Program-made: the position numbers and the translations under genes
In this document: positions 9,003-19,012 of the stretch, in pieces
How the letters are laid out: each line of letters starts with the position of its first letter
Position numbering within the stretch: position 1 is the stretch's first letter
Notes under the pieces: generated by a model
What the model was told of the DNA's origin: nothing
Database searches by the model: none
The model's input: the letters and a program-made list of their open reading frames with translations, nothing else
Source of the DNA: a virus
Lineage: Duplodnaviria; Caudoviricetes
DNA: 64,000 bases
Reading direction: 5' to 3' (one strand)
IMG/VR virus record: IMGVR_UViG_3300046662_000041
Location: 1-64,000 of that record

Positions 9003-9321
9003 TAATACAGAAAAGTTTTATGCCAAGACTGAAGCCGCCGCGAAGAGTTGCCTTACGCTTCCGGACGGCAGCTATCTCGATCGGGCGGACAAGGTGAGCC
9101 AATTGATATGCATCAAGAACATCAAGCAGATCGGCAATCGCGTCCTCGCGTTGCCATTGAACCCTTGAAGCATAGATCTCGTGTGCAGCCTCAACAAGCT
9201 TTTGACCAAGAGCTTTTCGATAAGCTTTCCCTTCGAGTTGCTTGAAGATGCACTTCGCTCCGGCGTGCTCGGCGGCGTCCACGACTCTGTCACGGACAAG
9301 GCTCCAAGGGAATGCTATCAT
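8950..9321 (-). CDS. degenerate MazG/PRA-PH-like pyrophosphohydrolase
   Basis: LVRD...KLVEAAHE...ADLLDVL...K...RGGF; some acidic residues of EExxE are missing. Confidence 0.6.
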   Translation of the reverse strand: MIAFPWSLVRDRVVDAAEHAGAKCIFKQLEGKAYRKALGQKLVEAAHEIYASRVQWQREDAIADLLDVLDAYQLAHLVRPIEIAAVRKRKATLRGGFSLGIKLFCIIGEYAYGDRKALHRKSN

Positions 9322-9741
9322 TTATGCCATCTTCCAGCCGGCTTCGGTGCCGACGACTGGATGCCAGATCGGCTCGGTGCGCTCTTTGGCTGTGTCAAGC
9401 TGCATCTCGACTAAAACCGGAACAAATGTAAGTGCATCTGCGGTCCAAAACCGTAAACCATCAGACACCAAAAACACTCCCGCGGCGAATGGTCGTGCAA
9501 CACGATGAAGGAATGAAGACTGTGCAAGCGCTTCATAAAGCTTCAATCCTTTCCGCTGACAGAGTAGACACTCAAATGGTCTATTTCCATGCTCGCAAAC
9601 TATCTCGCCAGCTTTGAAAGTGGTGTGCCCCGCGGGATTCGGACCCGCAACCTGCCCATTAGAAGTGGGCTGCTCTTTCCCTTGAGCTAAGGGCACGATC
9701 GGTGAAGTGACGCTAGTTGCGTGTTTGTGCTTTTTGCTCAT
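9322..9741 (-). CDS. hypothetical protein with CEHG...CxxC motif
   Basis: GGAG RBS before ATG 9741. Confidence 0.55.
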   Translation of the reverse strand: MSKKHKHATSVTSPIVPLAQGKEQPTSNGQVAGPNPAGHTTFKAGEIVCEHGNRPFECLLCQRKGLKLYEALAQSSFLHRVARPFAAGVFLVSDGLRFWTADALTFVPVLVEMQLDTAKERTEPIWHPVVGTEAGWKMA

Positions 9742-9838
9742 CAGATAGCTCCAATGTCGTTTCTGCACCACATTCACAAACGTATCGGCCACCGGGTCTG
9801 CGCCGGACCTCGCCGCCACATTCGGGGCAAGAAATCAT
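9713..9838 (-). CDS. small zinc-ribbon protein
   Basis: MISCPECGG...YVCECG. Confidence 0.5.
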   Translation of the reverse strand: MISCPECGGEVRRRPGGRYVCECGAETTLELSDEQKAQTRN

Positions 9839-10020
9839 GCGCAGATTCAGCTTGCCCTTCTTCAACCAAACAGTGACCGTGCTTTCATATTCCCGCATGG
9901 CATTCACACTCGCAGCCTGGCTCAGCTATAGATGTCTCACAGCCACACTGCATGCAGCGCCAAGCCACGACATTCGTTGATGATTTCGCGGCCGAATGCT
10001 CGTGAAAGACATAAGGCGCT

Positions 10021-10269
10021 TCAGGATCCTGATCCTGCTTGTGGCCCGGCTGGCGTGGGATTCGAAACGATAACACTTCCGCCATCTTTGTCATAATGAT
10101 TTTCCTGCACCGAGTGGCCTAGAGCAAAGCCCATAATCGTGGTCACGAAACCGATATAGATCGGGTCAAGTCTGTGGAAGATGTGAAGGACAGTGCCGGA
10201 GGCTGTGAAGAAGAGCAGGTATGCGTGGGTCCGGCCTCCCAGGTAACCTGCAAGCTTGGTAAAATTCAT
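10021..10269 (-). CDS. holin-like two-TM protein
   Basis: 82 aa, two hydrophobic helices, AGGAG RBS, near the endolysin. Confidence 0.5.
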   Translation of the reverse strand: MNFTKLAGYLGGRTHAYLLFFTASGTVLHIFHRLDPIYIGFVTTIMGFALGHSVQENHYDKDGGSVIVSNPTPAGPQAGSGS

Positions 10270-10281
10270 CAGTGTAGACTC

Positions 10282-10725
10282 CTAGTGTTGCTGTACATTG
10301 TCAAGCGGAAAATCTCTTATGCAACCGTTTTCTAAGACTGGCCGCATTGGCTTGCGATCACCTTGACCGTGCTGACTACCTGTCTTGCGGTCGTGGCAGC
10401 TCTTACAGAGTCCGTGAAGATTCTTCGGATCATAAAATAGCTTTGGGTCGCCACGATGATCTTTGATGTGGTCAGCTACAGTCGACGGATCTCTATTGCA
10501 TTCAGTGCAGATCGGCTCGCGACGTAAAATACAGGCCCGTAGGCCTTTCATCGGGTGGCGCCAGCGTGCAGAATCGTAGAGATGCCGCCACTCTTTGTGT
10601 TGATCTTTTAGCGGCGCAGCATCGGGTACATTGCACTTTTCACACTTCGACCCTTCGATAGCGAGGCCACTACAACCTGGTGTTTTACACGCGGTTGGCG
10701 GTCTTAGGTTTGGGAGGTTTGTCAT
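10282..10725 (-). CDS. HNH endonuclease (packaging-associated type)
   Basis: PICTEC...VADHIKDHRGD..LFYD..NLHGLCKSCHDRKT. Confidence 0.9.
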   Translation of the reverse strand: MTNLPNLRPPTACKTPGCSGLAIEGSKCEKCNVPDAAPLKDQHKEWRHLYDSARWRHPMKGLRACILRREPICTECNRDPSTVADHIKDHRGDPKLFYDPKNLHGLCKSCHDRKTGSQHGQGDRKPMRPVLENGCIRDFPLDNVQQH

Positions 10726-11133
10726 TCAAGCTCCAAATAAACTTTAGCTTTCGTGAACAAATCACTCTCAATGTAGCCAATGAGAATGTTACATCGCCGA
10801 TGAATTAGCCCGCGAACCTCACCAGTAAGATGCGAATGATCGACGTGCGCCTCGTCGAGTGTTAATGGCTTCTGGCAAAGTTTGCACACCACCTTGCGCT
10901 CCGTAACGCTTACGTTTATCATCGAGCGTAATACCGTAAGCATGTTTCAAACGCGCGCTCTCATAAAGATCAGCAGCGCGTACCATGTACGCTGCCGTTT
11001 TATCAGCACACGTTTGGCATGTGAGACGATCTGGTCGCGGCGCATTCCCACACTGAAAGCAAAGATTCTTACTTTGTCTTTCTGCCTTGCGTTTTGCGTA
11101 CTGTGCCGCTCTGTCTGCGTGTTGGCTTCTCAT
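10722..11133 (-). pseudogene. frameshifted endonuclease VII-family gene
   Basis: YGITLDD...QGGV (frame 1) joins CKLC...VDHSH.TGEVRGLIHRRCN (frame 2) at ~10885. Confidence 0.75.
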
Positions 11134-11229
11134 TGAAAATCTCGGACCATTGCGCTTGCGTCAGCTTACTGCCTCCGGTTGGAAACGTTGCTGACTTTGC
11201 TCCACTTGCTAAAGCGTCACCCTTTGCCA

Positions 11230-11652
11230 TTATTGCACCCACTTTTGAGGATGATATTGAAGTACAACTGCCACTCCGCGCTGCTCAATCTCTTCAGGCG
11301 TCTCTTCTTCCGGGACTGCGACTACACTGATGTCCGTTATTCTTTCACTGGAAATGTGCCGGGCCTCCAGTGGGTCAGGAAAGTAGAAGACACCGCCTTC
11401 GCCGCGGATCCTCGCCAGCCGGTTGATTAGGTAATCGTGGAGCTCTTTGGGATCCGAATAGTAGAAGCGATTTGGAAAGATGTACTCCCAATGCTCTTGC
11501 GGCTCACGCAGGAGCGCTTTGATTATTATCCTGGCCTTCAATGAATTCCTGCCTTTCAGCTTCTCTGCGACGGAGCAAGCCGGCCACTTCTTTCCCACCT
11601 GCGTGATCCCATTTGTCGAATTCTGCGGCAGCAGCAGTGAAGTTTCTAGCAT
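11230..11652 (-). CDS. hypothetical protein (true start probably near 11510)
   Basis: ORF overlapping the endolysin 3' end; stop is TAATG-coupled to the next small ORF. Confidence 0.4.
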   Translation of the reverse strand: MLETSLLLPQNSTNGITQVGKKWPACSVAEKLKGRNSLKARIIIKALLREPQEHWEYIFPNRFYYSDPKELHDYLINRLARIRGEGGVFYFPDPLEARHISSERITDISVVAVPEEETPEEIEQRGVAVVLQYHPQKWVQ

Positions 11653-11962
11653 TCACAAGCTTTAGTAACGTGCTGCTCTCAAAGGATCCGCTACCGAGAT
11701 TGAAGGTAAAGTCCACAAGAGCATCGAACTCAGCCTGAGTAAGCTGCACCTTGACAATGTGATTCACAAATGCGGTAGCCCAAGCTGTGTCGGCAGTTAG
11801 CCAAGCCTCCGCCTGGGCCTGCGTGCACGTGTCACCTTGCTTGACGCCCACTGTATGGCCGTATCCTGCTGTCCAGCGGCCGACCTGATCCTGATAGGCA
11901 ATCAGGCGACAGCCTTCGAAGCTCTCTATTAATGCTAATCCGCTCTTTGAATAATTCATCAA
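11504..11962 (-). CDS. endolysin, GH24 lysozyme
   Basis: IESFEGCRL.AYQD..G.WTAGYGHT (E-x8-D-x5-T triad), FDALVDFTFNLG, GLLRRREAE. Confidence 0.95.
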   Translation of the reverse strand: MMNYSKSGLALIESFEGCRLIAYQDQVGRWTAGYGHTVGVKQGDTCTQAQAEAWLTADTAWATAFVNHIVKVQLTQAEFDALVDFTFNLGSGSFESSTLLKLVNARNFTAAAAEFDKWDHAGGKEVAGLLRRREAERQEFIEGQDNNQSAPA

Positions 11963-12029
11963 GACATCACTCCCACAACTAAAGTTTCCGCCGATCTACT
12001 TTGATCCTGGTAGGTAACCAGACGGCAGC

Positions 12030-12176
12030 CTACGCCTTGCTTCGAGTAATCCATTTTCCGTTGACCTTCCTGTATGTGTTTGCAGTTGTGTCGCTAGGCC
12101 GTTTACAATGATGGCACCATGGCCAATAGGAATCATCCCAATCGTGAATCCCAAGCCAGCACAATAGATTACGCAT
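12030..12176 (-). CDS. small phage protein (LCWLGIHDW...CxxC), not in ORF track
   Basis: Manual translation MRNLLCWLGIHDWDDSYWPWCHHCKRP..., 48 aa. Confidence 0.5.
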   Translation of the reverse strand: MRNLLCWLGIHDWDDSYWPWCHHCKRPSDTTANTYRKVNGKWITRSKA

Positions 12177-12603
12177 CGATCAGTGGGCAGTCAACGCAAT
12201 GCACATGGTTAGGACAATCACATGCTGGTGTCCTGTGTGGCAGCGGACAATAGCAGCCACTAATCGCGGCTAGTACCAAAAGGAAGAGAAGCTTTCTCAC
12301 AGGTCACCTCGTGGACGATCTTGAAGCCACCGCCAGCAGGAAGCGCGACATTCTTAAGAGGCATAGTCGGAAGCATGCCTTCGACAGAATCCGCACTCCC
12401 AATCTTCATTCTGAGAATGTCAACCTCAGGGCCGTCCTCGGCCGGATCCTTCATCTCAAGAATCGCGATGACTTCGTCCAGTGCCACCAAGGCACCATGC
12501 ACGCGTTTGGCAAGGATGCTGGAATGCGGCAGGCTATCGTACGCGACCTGATATCTATCACGAAGCTCTTTGATCACTAAGATTTTGTCGAGCATTGAGT
12601 CTC

Positions 12604-13680
12604 CTATTTTCCTTGCATCTTTTGGTTGACGCGCAGGAGCCCGCCAACCGTTGCTGGCCACTCAAGACCTGTATCAAAAGCACTTGGAGGCGCACTGTGC
12701 GAGATAATATGCAAGGCCTCTGCAGCTTTCATACTTCCGTGCTTGATCACCTGATTCTTCAAGAGAGCAGCGACGATCGCCCTGATTCCGCGTGCAGCTT
12801 CCGGCCGCCCACCTGTCGAGTCATCCTTATCGACAAGCTCTTCACCTTCGGCGGTATCACCGGGCTCATCACTCTTTTTCTTGAAGGCTTCTTCAAGCTC
12901 GGCCAGGAGCGTTTTGACGGCTTTGCACGGCTGGCCCCACACGTTGCCATCCTTGTCCCATGACCCAGCCACCACAGCTTTTGCGATCTCGAAGTGATTC
13001 GAAGAATACGTCTGGAGCTGGCTGTTGATTGCATCCTTGTAGTCCATGCCATTATGATAATTCTCGAAGGCATTAAGCAAAGGCCGCGGCTGATCCAGGT
13101 GCTGGCGGATAGCCTCTGATTCGAACTCGATGAATTCGCCGTGCCCCAGATGTGCGGCGGCACGCTGCAATAGGTCGTGGATATTCTTCTTATTCATCCT
13201 GCCAAGGTGAAACACCTGGCACCGTGACACCAGCGCAGGCAGGATCTTGTTGGTCTCAGTCGTGCAGATGATCCAAAGGGTCGCCGAGTTGGCGGCCTCG
13301 AAAGGTTTCAGCAGGACGTTTTGGGCATCTTTCGTGATCTGATGGGCTTCATCCAGGATGATCACACGATACTTGCCACGCATCGGATACGTGTTGGTTT
13401 CGTCAACGAGGTTGCGGATATCCTCGATCTTGCGGCAATGCGCGGCATTAAGCTCGATCCCGTCCGGCTCTTCATCAGCAGGAAAGTCCCAACCCTGGAC
13501 TGCCCGTGCAATAATCTTGGCTAGGGTGGTCTTTCCTGTGCCTGGCGGGCCGACAAACATCAACGCACGTGGCACTTCACCCTTGTCCAGTTTCGTTTGC
13601 AACGTCTTGACGACGTCATCGTGTCCGATGATCTCATCAAACTTTGATGGCCGGAGCGTGATACCGAGCTGAGAATCCAT
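12604..13680 (-). CDS. clamp-loader AAA+ ATPase (DnaX/RFC-like)
   Basis: RPSKFDEIIGH, GPPGTGKTT, ILDEAH, SRC motif; AGGAG RBS before ATG 13680. Confidence 0.9.
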   Translation of the reverse strand: MDSQLGITLRPSKFDEIIGHDDVVKTLQTKLDKGEVPRALMFVGPPGTGKTTLAKIIARAVQGWDFPADEEPDGIELNAAHCRKIEDIRNLVDETNTYPMRGKYRVIILDEAHQITKDAQNVLLKPFEAANSATLWIICTTETNKILPALVSRCQVFHLGRMNKKNIHDLLQRAAAHLGHGEFIEFESEAIRQHLDQPRPLLNAFENYHNGMDYKDAINSQLQTYSSNHFEIAKAVVAGSWDKDGNVWGQPCKAVKTLLAELEEAFKKKSDEPGDTAEGEELVDKDDSTGGRPEAARGIRAIVAALLKNQVIKHGSMKAAEALHIISHSAPPSAFDTGLEWPATVGGLLRVNQKMQGK

Positions 13681-13773
13681 TCGATGATCTCCTGGGAAAG
13701 TAGTCGTGGGCTGCGGACAAGTGTTGGTCTCGACAACACTCCTGCTAAGGAAGTTCACAGCCCACGAATTCGG

Positions 13774-14385
13774 TTAGGCTGCCTGGGCCTGAATAATCTT
13801 GATCTCACTCGGGAAGCGAAGGCCGCGATCAATCAACCGTAGCGTCACTTCTGTATTATCTAAGTGGCAGACACCACCATAAAGTCGAGCTTGAGGAATT
13901 TGAGCATGAAGTGGTCCGCGGTGTCCAACCTTGCCAGCCGTAATGATCGGAAAGGGTGCAGCTCCGGAGAGAAGATAGGGAAATATAACTCCCCAACTCT
14001 TGCCCCAGCGGCCGGGTGAGGGTTTGAAAGCAACCTGTTCCCTTGTTCTTGCTGCATAATACGTTTCGAACTCGTGTGCAGCTTCTTCTGTTGGAATAAT
14101 GGGTTGTGCAAGATGCACGTCATCCATGATCGCGACGAGATATTCCACGGCTTGCACAATGGCAGCCTCCGTCAACCGAGCTGTCTCTTCAATGGCTTTC
14201 TGCTTCGCTTCTTTGCGAAGCAAAGATTTCGATGTGGCCACCTTAACTTTTTCGCTGGCGATCCAGAATGACCTTCCAACTTCACTCTCAACGAAGCTGA
14301 GGCATCCTGACTGCTCGAGTAGTTTGTGAATTCCTTTTTGACCTTTGACGAAAACAAGCTGCTCGATGGCTGTTTCGATAGTCAC
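13774..14385 (-). CDS. hypothetical protein
   Basis: 203-aa ORF, AAGGTG RBS, downstream of a GTAC-box promoter; ends QAA. Confidence 0.65.
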   Translation of the reverse strand: MTIETAIEQLVFVKGQKGIHKLLEQSGCLSFVESEVGRSFWIASEKVKVATSKSLLRKEAKQKAIEETARLTEAAIVQAVEYLVAIMDDVHLAQPIIPTEEAAHEFETYYAARTREQVAFKPSPGRWGKSWGVIFPYLLSGAAPFPIITAGKVGHRGPLHAQIPQARLYGGVCHLDNTEVTLRLIDRGLRFPSEIKIIQAQAA

Positions 14386-14446
14386 TTGGCACCTTTCAAC
14401 GTATCACTGTGGATCAATTGCGGGGACGCGCCTTTGATCTACATGC

Positions 14447-14489
14447 AGCATATCCCATATCCCGTTTTCATGCAATAGTACTTTCGTAC
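14447..14489 (-). promoter_or_regulatory. GTAC-box promoter, copy 1
   Basis: GTACGAAAGTAC-TA-TTGCAT-N17-TATGCT. Confidence 0.75.
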
Positions 14490-15970
14490 TGAATTGCAGT
14501 GTCTGATGCGTAGGCACGTGGCTGATCCTTGACATCCTCGTTGGAGTATTCTTGCCACTTAAGATTCGGCGGATCGATCGCCTGCTCCAAGATCTCTTCA
14601 TCAAAGTGCACACCGCGGCGTTGCCAGTGCCGGGTAACATGATCTGCAAGCTTGACATCTGCTCGGATCGCTTCCTGGCCAAACCAGTATGCACCGGCTT
14701 CCAAAGAACAGACTTCTGGCTGGGCTTCATCGTGACCGGCTTCAGCCTTCCCGCAAAGCTCGCAAAGTGGCACTGCAACTTCGTCGAAGTCGAAGGGCGG
14801 CGGATCATATTTGAATTTATGGTTACTGGCCGGCCGATCCTTACTTCGGCACTCGATGCTGAACTTGTCATCGTGAATACAAGCAAGCTTACCGTGAATG
14901 CAATTAAACTGTTTCCAACCGTCAACCTTCTGGCGCGTCTGCATCTGCTGGCCATCGAAGTATCGATAACCACAATTCTGTGCTGCCCAAAGCCACCCTG
15001 TACTGTCCACAGAGAAGAAGGGATACGCCTCCATCATCTCCTGACTCGAGATGCCCAGGCCATGAATTCGCCAGCGCTCCCACTCATTCATTCCGCCCTT
15101 TCGAGCCATGTCACGTAAGATGCAAAAGCATTTATCCAGCCACACCATCTTAACGTCGACACGAGAGCCGTCGACCTTCGGTGCAAGGCAGAGGCGCTCG
15201 CCCACATTCACTTCCTCAGCTAACTTCACAAGCCATTTGAAATCATCACCACGATGGAAGGTCGGGATACATGGCACGCCTGCGGCTTCCATCTCTTTCC
15301 AGTTGCGATAGCCTTGATCGCAAGCGACCTCGAGCTCGCTTGGTGTCGGATATTTAGGAGGAGTTGCAGTCACGTCAGCATAAGAGCCAGCAATGACGTC
15401 TAGGCCGATAAACTCGATCTGGCAGACGGCCTTCTCTTGCATCTGCTTTGCGTAGGAAATATAATCCTTGAGGTCAATTGGCTTGCCTTGACGCCAGGCC
15501 GTAAAAGCACCAGAATCAATCAAGAGGTGATATTCAAATTGCTTTGTAGCGAAGTCCTCGGCCAATTGTTGTGCGCCTTTGTGGGCATTGGTGCACAGGA
15601 GATTGTGCTCTCCTGTTTCCTCACAGACCTCGCGCTGCAGGTCAGGGCCCCAATTGCCTGCGATGAAAAGCTTCATATCGTCTTTGCGGTCCCTTGTGGA
15701 GAAGTGATCTGCCGTCATCTTAGACGTGTTGTGACCAAATGAGCAAAGGATATTTTGTACGCCACCTGCACGCGATGACTTCCAGAGATCGTCACCGTTG
15801 CCGAGCCCCGCTACGAAAAGCTCCATTCGCTCTTTCCCTTCGGCCAGGATTCGTGCTGTCTCACGTGCATTGCTCCAACCCGCTGAAAGCAGGACATGGG
15901 CGGCACCGGACGCGTAAAGTTGCTTCCGCTGCCCGATGCCACCTAATGATCCTGCGATAAATAGTCTCAT
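14468..15970 (-). CDS. DpdA/TGT-like 7-deazaguanine transglycosylase
   Basis: LIDSGAFTAW, GLDVI, PTFHRGD, IHGLG, PFFSVDSTGW TGT-barrel motifs; downstream of folE/queE/queD. Confidence 0.75.
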   Translation of the reverse strand: MRLFIAGSLGGIGQRKQLYASGAAHVLLSAGWSNARETARILAEGKERMELFVAGLGNGDDLWKSSRAGGVQNILCSFGHNTSKMTADHFSTRDRKDDMKLFIAGNWGPDLQREVCEETGEHNLLCTNAHKGAQQLAEDFATKQFEYHLLIDSGAFTAWRQGKPIDLKDYISYAKQMQEKAVCQIEFIGLDVIAGSYADVTATPPKYPTPSELEVACDQGYRNWKEMEAAGVPCIPTFHRGDDFKWLVKLAEEVNVGERLCLAPKVDGSRVDVKMVWLDKCFCILRDMARKGGMNEWERWRIHGLGISSQEMMEAYPFFSVDSTGWLWAAQNCGYRYFDGQQMQTRQKVDGWKQFNCIHGKLACIHDDKFSIECRSKDRPASNHKFKYDPPPFDFDEVAVPLCELCGKAEAGHDEAQPEVCSLEAGAYWFGQEAIRADVKLADHVTRHWQRRGVHFDEEILEQAIDPPNLKWQEYSNEDVKDQPRAYASDTAIQYESTIA

Positions 15971-16375
15971 TCGAAGATTGGCGGCTGGAGGCCTGAACTC
16001 AGAACATTTCGCTCATAGGCACTGAAGTCACTCGGGAAACGAGATATAGTTGCAATGCCTCGTTTGATCAGCATGAGTGGAAAGTCAGGACCGTGTATGA
16101 CGGCGTTGGCCGTCTTCGAACACGACGCCTGAAGGAAGCGTATGAGGATCCAAGCCATTGATACCAAATCTTGTTTCCCAACGACACGCCAACTTGTTTC
16201 GTAGCTGCAGGACGAATCCCTGCAGGAAGAGGCTTGGCAGATATTGCTTCTCAACCAGTACAACGTGCCTGGCCTTTGAGCCCAAAGTAGACCCCGATAT
16301 CGGGGCCTACCTTGAGCAAGTGTTCCATCAGCTTAGGGCTAATCCGGTTAACGCGAGGAGCAGACTCGTGAAACA

Positions 16376-16720
16376 TTAGAGTGTGCTCTTTCTTCTGATC
16401 TCAGCAAGCAGATCATCCGATATATTTTCTACAAGCAAGGCACGTTCCGCGGGCCGCATGTAAAACGGCTTTCCAGCAGGGCCTTCGATTGCTGCACCCG
16501 ACGCGAATCTGCAAAATCGTTGGAAATTCTTCGCCACCAATTCTCTGATGAAGACATTGCGTGCCTCCTCAGTGGCAAAGACACTTTCGATTTTTGCATA
16601 TTCTGCTTTCGTAATGCGGCGCCCCACTACAGTCGCCAGGCCCTTTTCAAGCAACGCCTGTGCTACTTCGTTGGGGACGTGATACTCTTTCTTATCGTTC
16701 TTCAGTTGAATGTTAGCCAT
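16376..16720 (-). CDS. hypothetical protein
   Basis: AGGAG RBS, 114 aa. Confidence 0.6.
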   Translation of the reverse strand: MANIQLKNDKKEYHVPNEVAQALLEKGLATVVGRRITKAEYAKIESVFATEEARNVFIRELVAKNFQRFCRFASGAAIEGPAGKPFYMRPAERALLVENISDDLLAEIRRKSTL

Positions 16721-16763
16721 AGAGGCTCCTATTCTAGATTTGCTGCGTACGTGCAGCGACCGT

Positions 16764-17339
16764 TTAGTCTCTTATCAGAGACATAAATTCTTGACGCGCT
16801 GAATCACTATCTTTGAAAGCTCCTCGCAATGCACTGGTCACCATCGAACTACCGTGTTTATTTGCTCCTCTCATACACATGCATAGGTGTTGAGCTTCAA
16901 TCACGACACCGACTGCGACGGGTCCCAAATGCTCAACGAGTGCATCAGCGATTTCATTCGTTAGCTTCTCCTGAATTTGCAATCGCCTGGCGAAACAGTC
17001 CACCAGCCGCGCAAGTTTTGAGAGTCCTACGACTCGCTCTCCTGGAATATATCCGACATGAGCCTTACCTCTAAAGGGCAACACGTGATGTTCACAGACA
17101 CTAGAAAAGTCGATATTTTTGCACAGCACTATCTCATCAACTTTGAAACCTTCTTGATCAAACTGCCGAGCGAGAATAGCAGCCGGATCCTGTGCATAAC
17201 CCGCGTACAATTCGGCCCAGCTCTTAACGACGCGTTTGGGTGTATCCACCAGCCCTGGCCGCAATTCATTAGCTGGCTCGATCAACAAAAGCATTCGACG
17301 AATCAATTCTTCGGCTACTGCCTGTTCAAACGAAACCAA
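16764..17339 (-). CDS. folE: GTP cyclohydrolase I
   Basis: [37 protein letters not shown]. Confidence 0.97.
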   Translation of the reverse strand: MVSFEQAVAEELIRRMLLLIEPANELRPGLVDTPKRVVKSWAELYAGYAQDPAAILARQFDQEGFKVDEIVLCKNIDFSSVCEHHVLPFRGKAHVGYIPGERVVGLSKLARLVDCFARRLQIQEKLTNEIADALVEHLGPVAVGVVIEAQHLCMCMRGANKHGSSMVTSALRGAFKDSDSARQEFMSLIRD

Positions 17340-17354
17340 GTTGCCCTCGATTCC

Positions 17355-18149
17355 TTAGCGGAAAAGTAGATATTTGTGGAGTTGTGGCATCACACGGAAG
17401 CGCGAGCCGGATCGCTCCATCACAAGCCGCGTCAATGCGGCGAGGTCTTGCGAATATGTGTGCTCATTCATCGGCACGGTCCTGATCGAGATAGGCTCGC
17501 CAGGTACCGACCGGTCGGCAGTGTTGACGATACAACCGCGATCATAAGGCTGAAAGAAAATTCGCTCATCGGGAATCAATGAGTGACCGTTGCGCTTCCA
17601 GCTATCAATCTTGGCTTGGAATTCAAACACACGGTCTGCATCTTCCTTGATGAAGGGGTCCAGCACGTACTTGATCTGACACTTGTCTGCCGTGAGAGCG
17701 ATATTCTCATAACAGGTCTGCCAGGAGAATTTCTCGTCGCGGCCAAGTGTCCCGACCTTTGGAGAGAAGCTAAACAGGTCAAGGCGATGGGCCAGATCCA
17801 TATTTCGAATCGGCACTGCAGCATTGCTCTCAACCGTCATTGTATAACAGTCGGACAAGATCGACACAAGGCTTGCCAGCATATTCTGCCACAATAGCGG
17901 CTCACCACCTGTGAAAACGATATGATGCGCTTTGTGACTGTTGATTCGATTCCTCACTTCCACGATCGGTATTTCTGACCACTCATCCCAGACCGTATCA
18001 CAACCTGGGCATTCAAGGTTACACATTCCGGTCCGGACAAAAGTACTGGGGACGCCGGAGTAGATGCCTTCGCCCTGCACCGTTTCCATTAGCTCGACCA
18101 GCTTAAAGAAGCCTGGACGAAGACGAATATCACTCTTATACTGCGGCAT
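17355..18149 (-). CDS. queE: 7-carboxy-7-deazaguanine synthase (radical SAM)
   Basis: QGEG, CNLECPGCDT (CxxxCxxC), TGGEP, SPK, PQLHK. Confidence 0.93.
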   Translation of the reverse strand: MPQYKSDIRLRPGFFKLVELMETVQGEGIYSGVPSTFVRTGMCNLECPGCDTVWDEWSEIPIVEVRNRINSHKAHHIVFTGGEPLLWQNMLASLVSILSDCYTMTVESNAAVPIRNMDLAHRLDLFSFSPKVGTLGRDEKFSWQTCYENIALTADKCQIKYVLDPFIKEDADRVFEFQAKIDSWKRNGHSLIPDERIFFQPYDRGCIVNTADRSVPGEPISIRTVPMNEHTYSQDLAALTRLVMERSGSRFRVMPQLHKYLLFR

Positions 18150-18421
18150 CGATCCTCCCGATCTTTACAGACACAATCCATCCGGCTTTGCGCAATTTGC
18201 GGATGGCATCGAATAGAGCGTTTGCTTTTGAGAGACTCTTCGGTTTCTTTATGATTTTACTTCTAGCCATTGTCATCTTTTCTTGAAAAATCCTGATTTC
18301 CAGTAAGGTCGCCAAGCCCATCGGCGTCCATTCGCATGATTGAACTTGCCCCACATGCTGTCATAGTAGATCACGACCGATCCTGCTCCAAAGAAAGCTC
18401 CAAGTGCGAAGATCAACAGTT

Positions 18422-18826
18422 TCAAGGCTTCACCTCGGCCCAGCTTATGGGCGTTTCTTGCAGCCGGACCTTTGAGAGTGCCACACCATGTGCTGCAAAG
18501 GGTATGATCAGCAACTGCGCAAACAGTTGCACCAAATTCTCGGCCGTGGTGACGTTGTCGGTTTCGGGGTTAAGATTGAAGTACGGACGAAGCACAACGT
18601 TGAGATCCTGATGGTCGACCTTGTCGAGAATCGTTTCCTGCACAATATCTTTCAGGAAGTAATAATCTAGCACCATCGATTGGCCAGACGAGGGAGCAGT
18701 GATGGGATCGCCGGAGACCTCCACCTCAAGGATATAGGTGTGGCCGTGCGGCCTGGAGCACTTCCCATTATGGCGGCCCAAACGGTGTGCAGCATCAAAC
18801 GTAAATCTACGACCAATTGTAATCAT
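18422..18826 (-). CDS. queD: 6-carboxytetrahydropterin synthase
   Basis: FDAAHRL...CSRPHGHTY...DHQDLN...TAEN...ET. Confidence 0.95.
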   Translation of the reverse strand: MITIGRRFTFDAAHRLGRHNGKCSRPHGHTYILEVEVSGDPITAPSSGQSMVLDYYFLKDIVQETILDKVDHQDLNVVLRPYFNLNPETDNVTTAENLVQLFAQLLIIPFAAHGVALSKVRLQETPISWAEVKP

Positions 18827-19012
18827 TTGGATGAGGAATCCTCTGTGTGATAAGTCGTCAAGTCAACTGCTAATTTGACTAAAATCACGATTGCCCATAG
18901 TGCAAAGAAGATGCTGAGGAGTACAGCAAAACTCTCGCCTGTAACTAGAAAGTATTCGTGGCAGTTGTAGGCGGCAAATGTACAGGCGCTCGCTAGAAGC
19001 CAGTGACTGACC

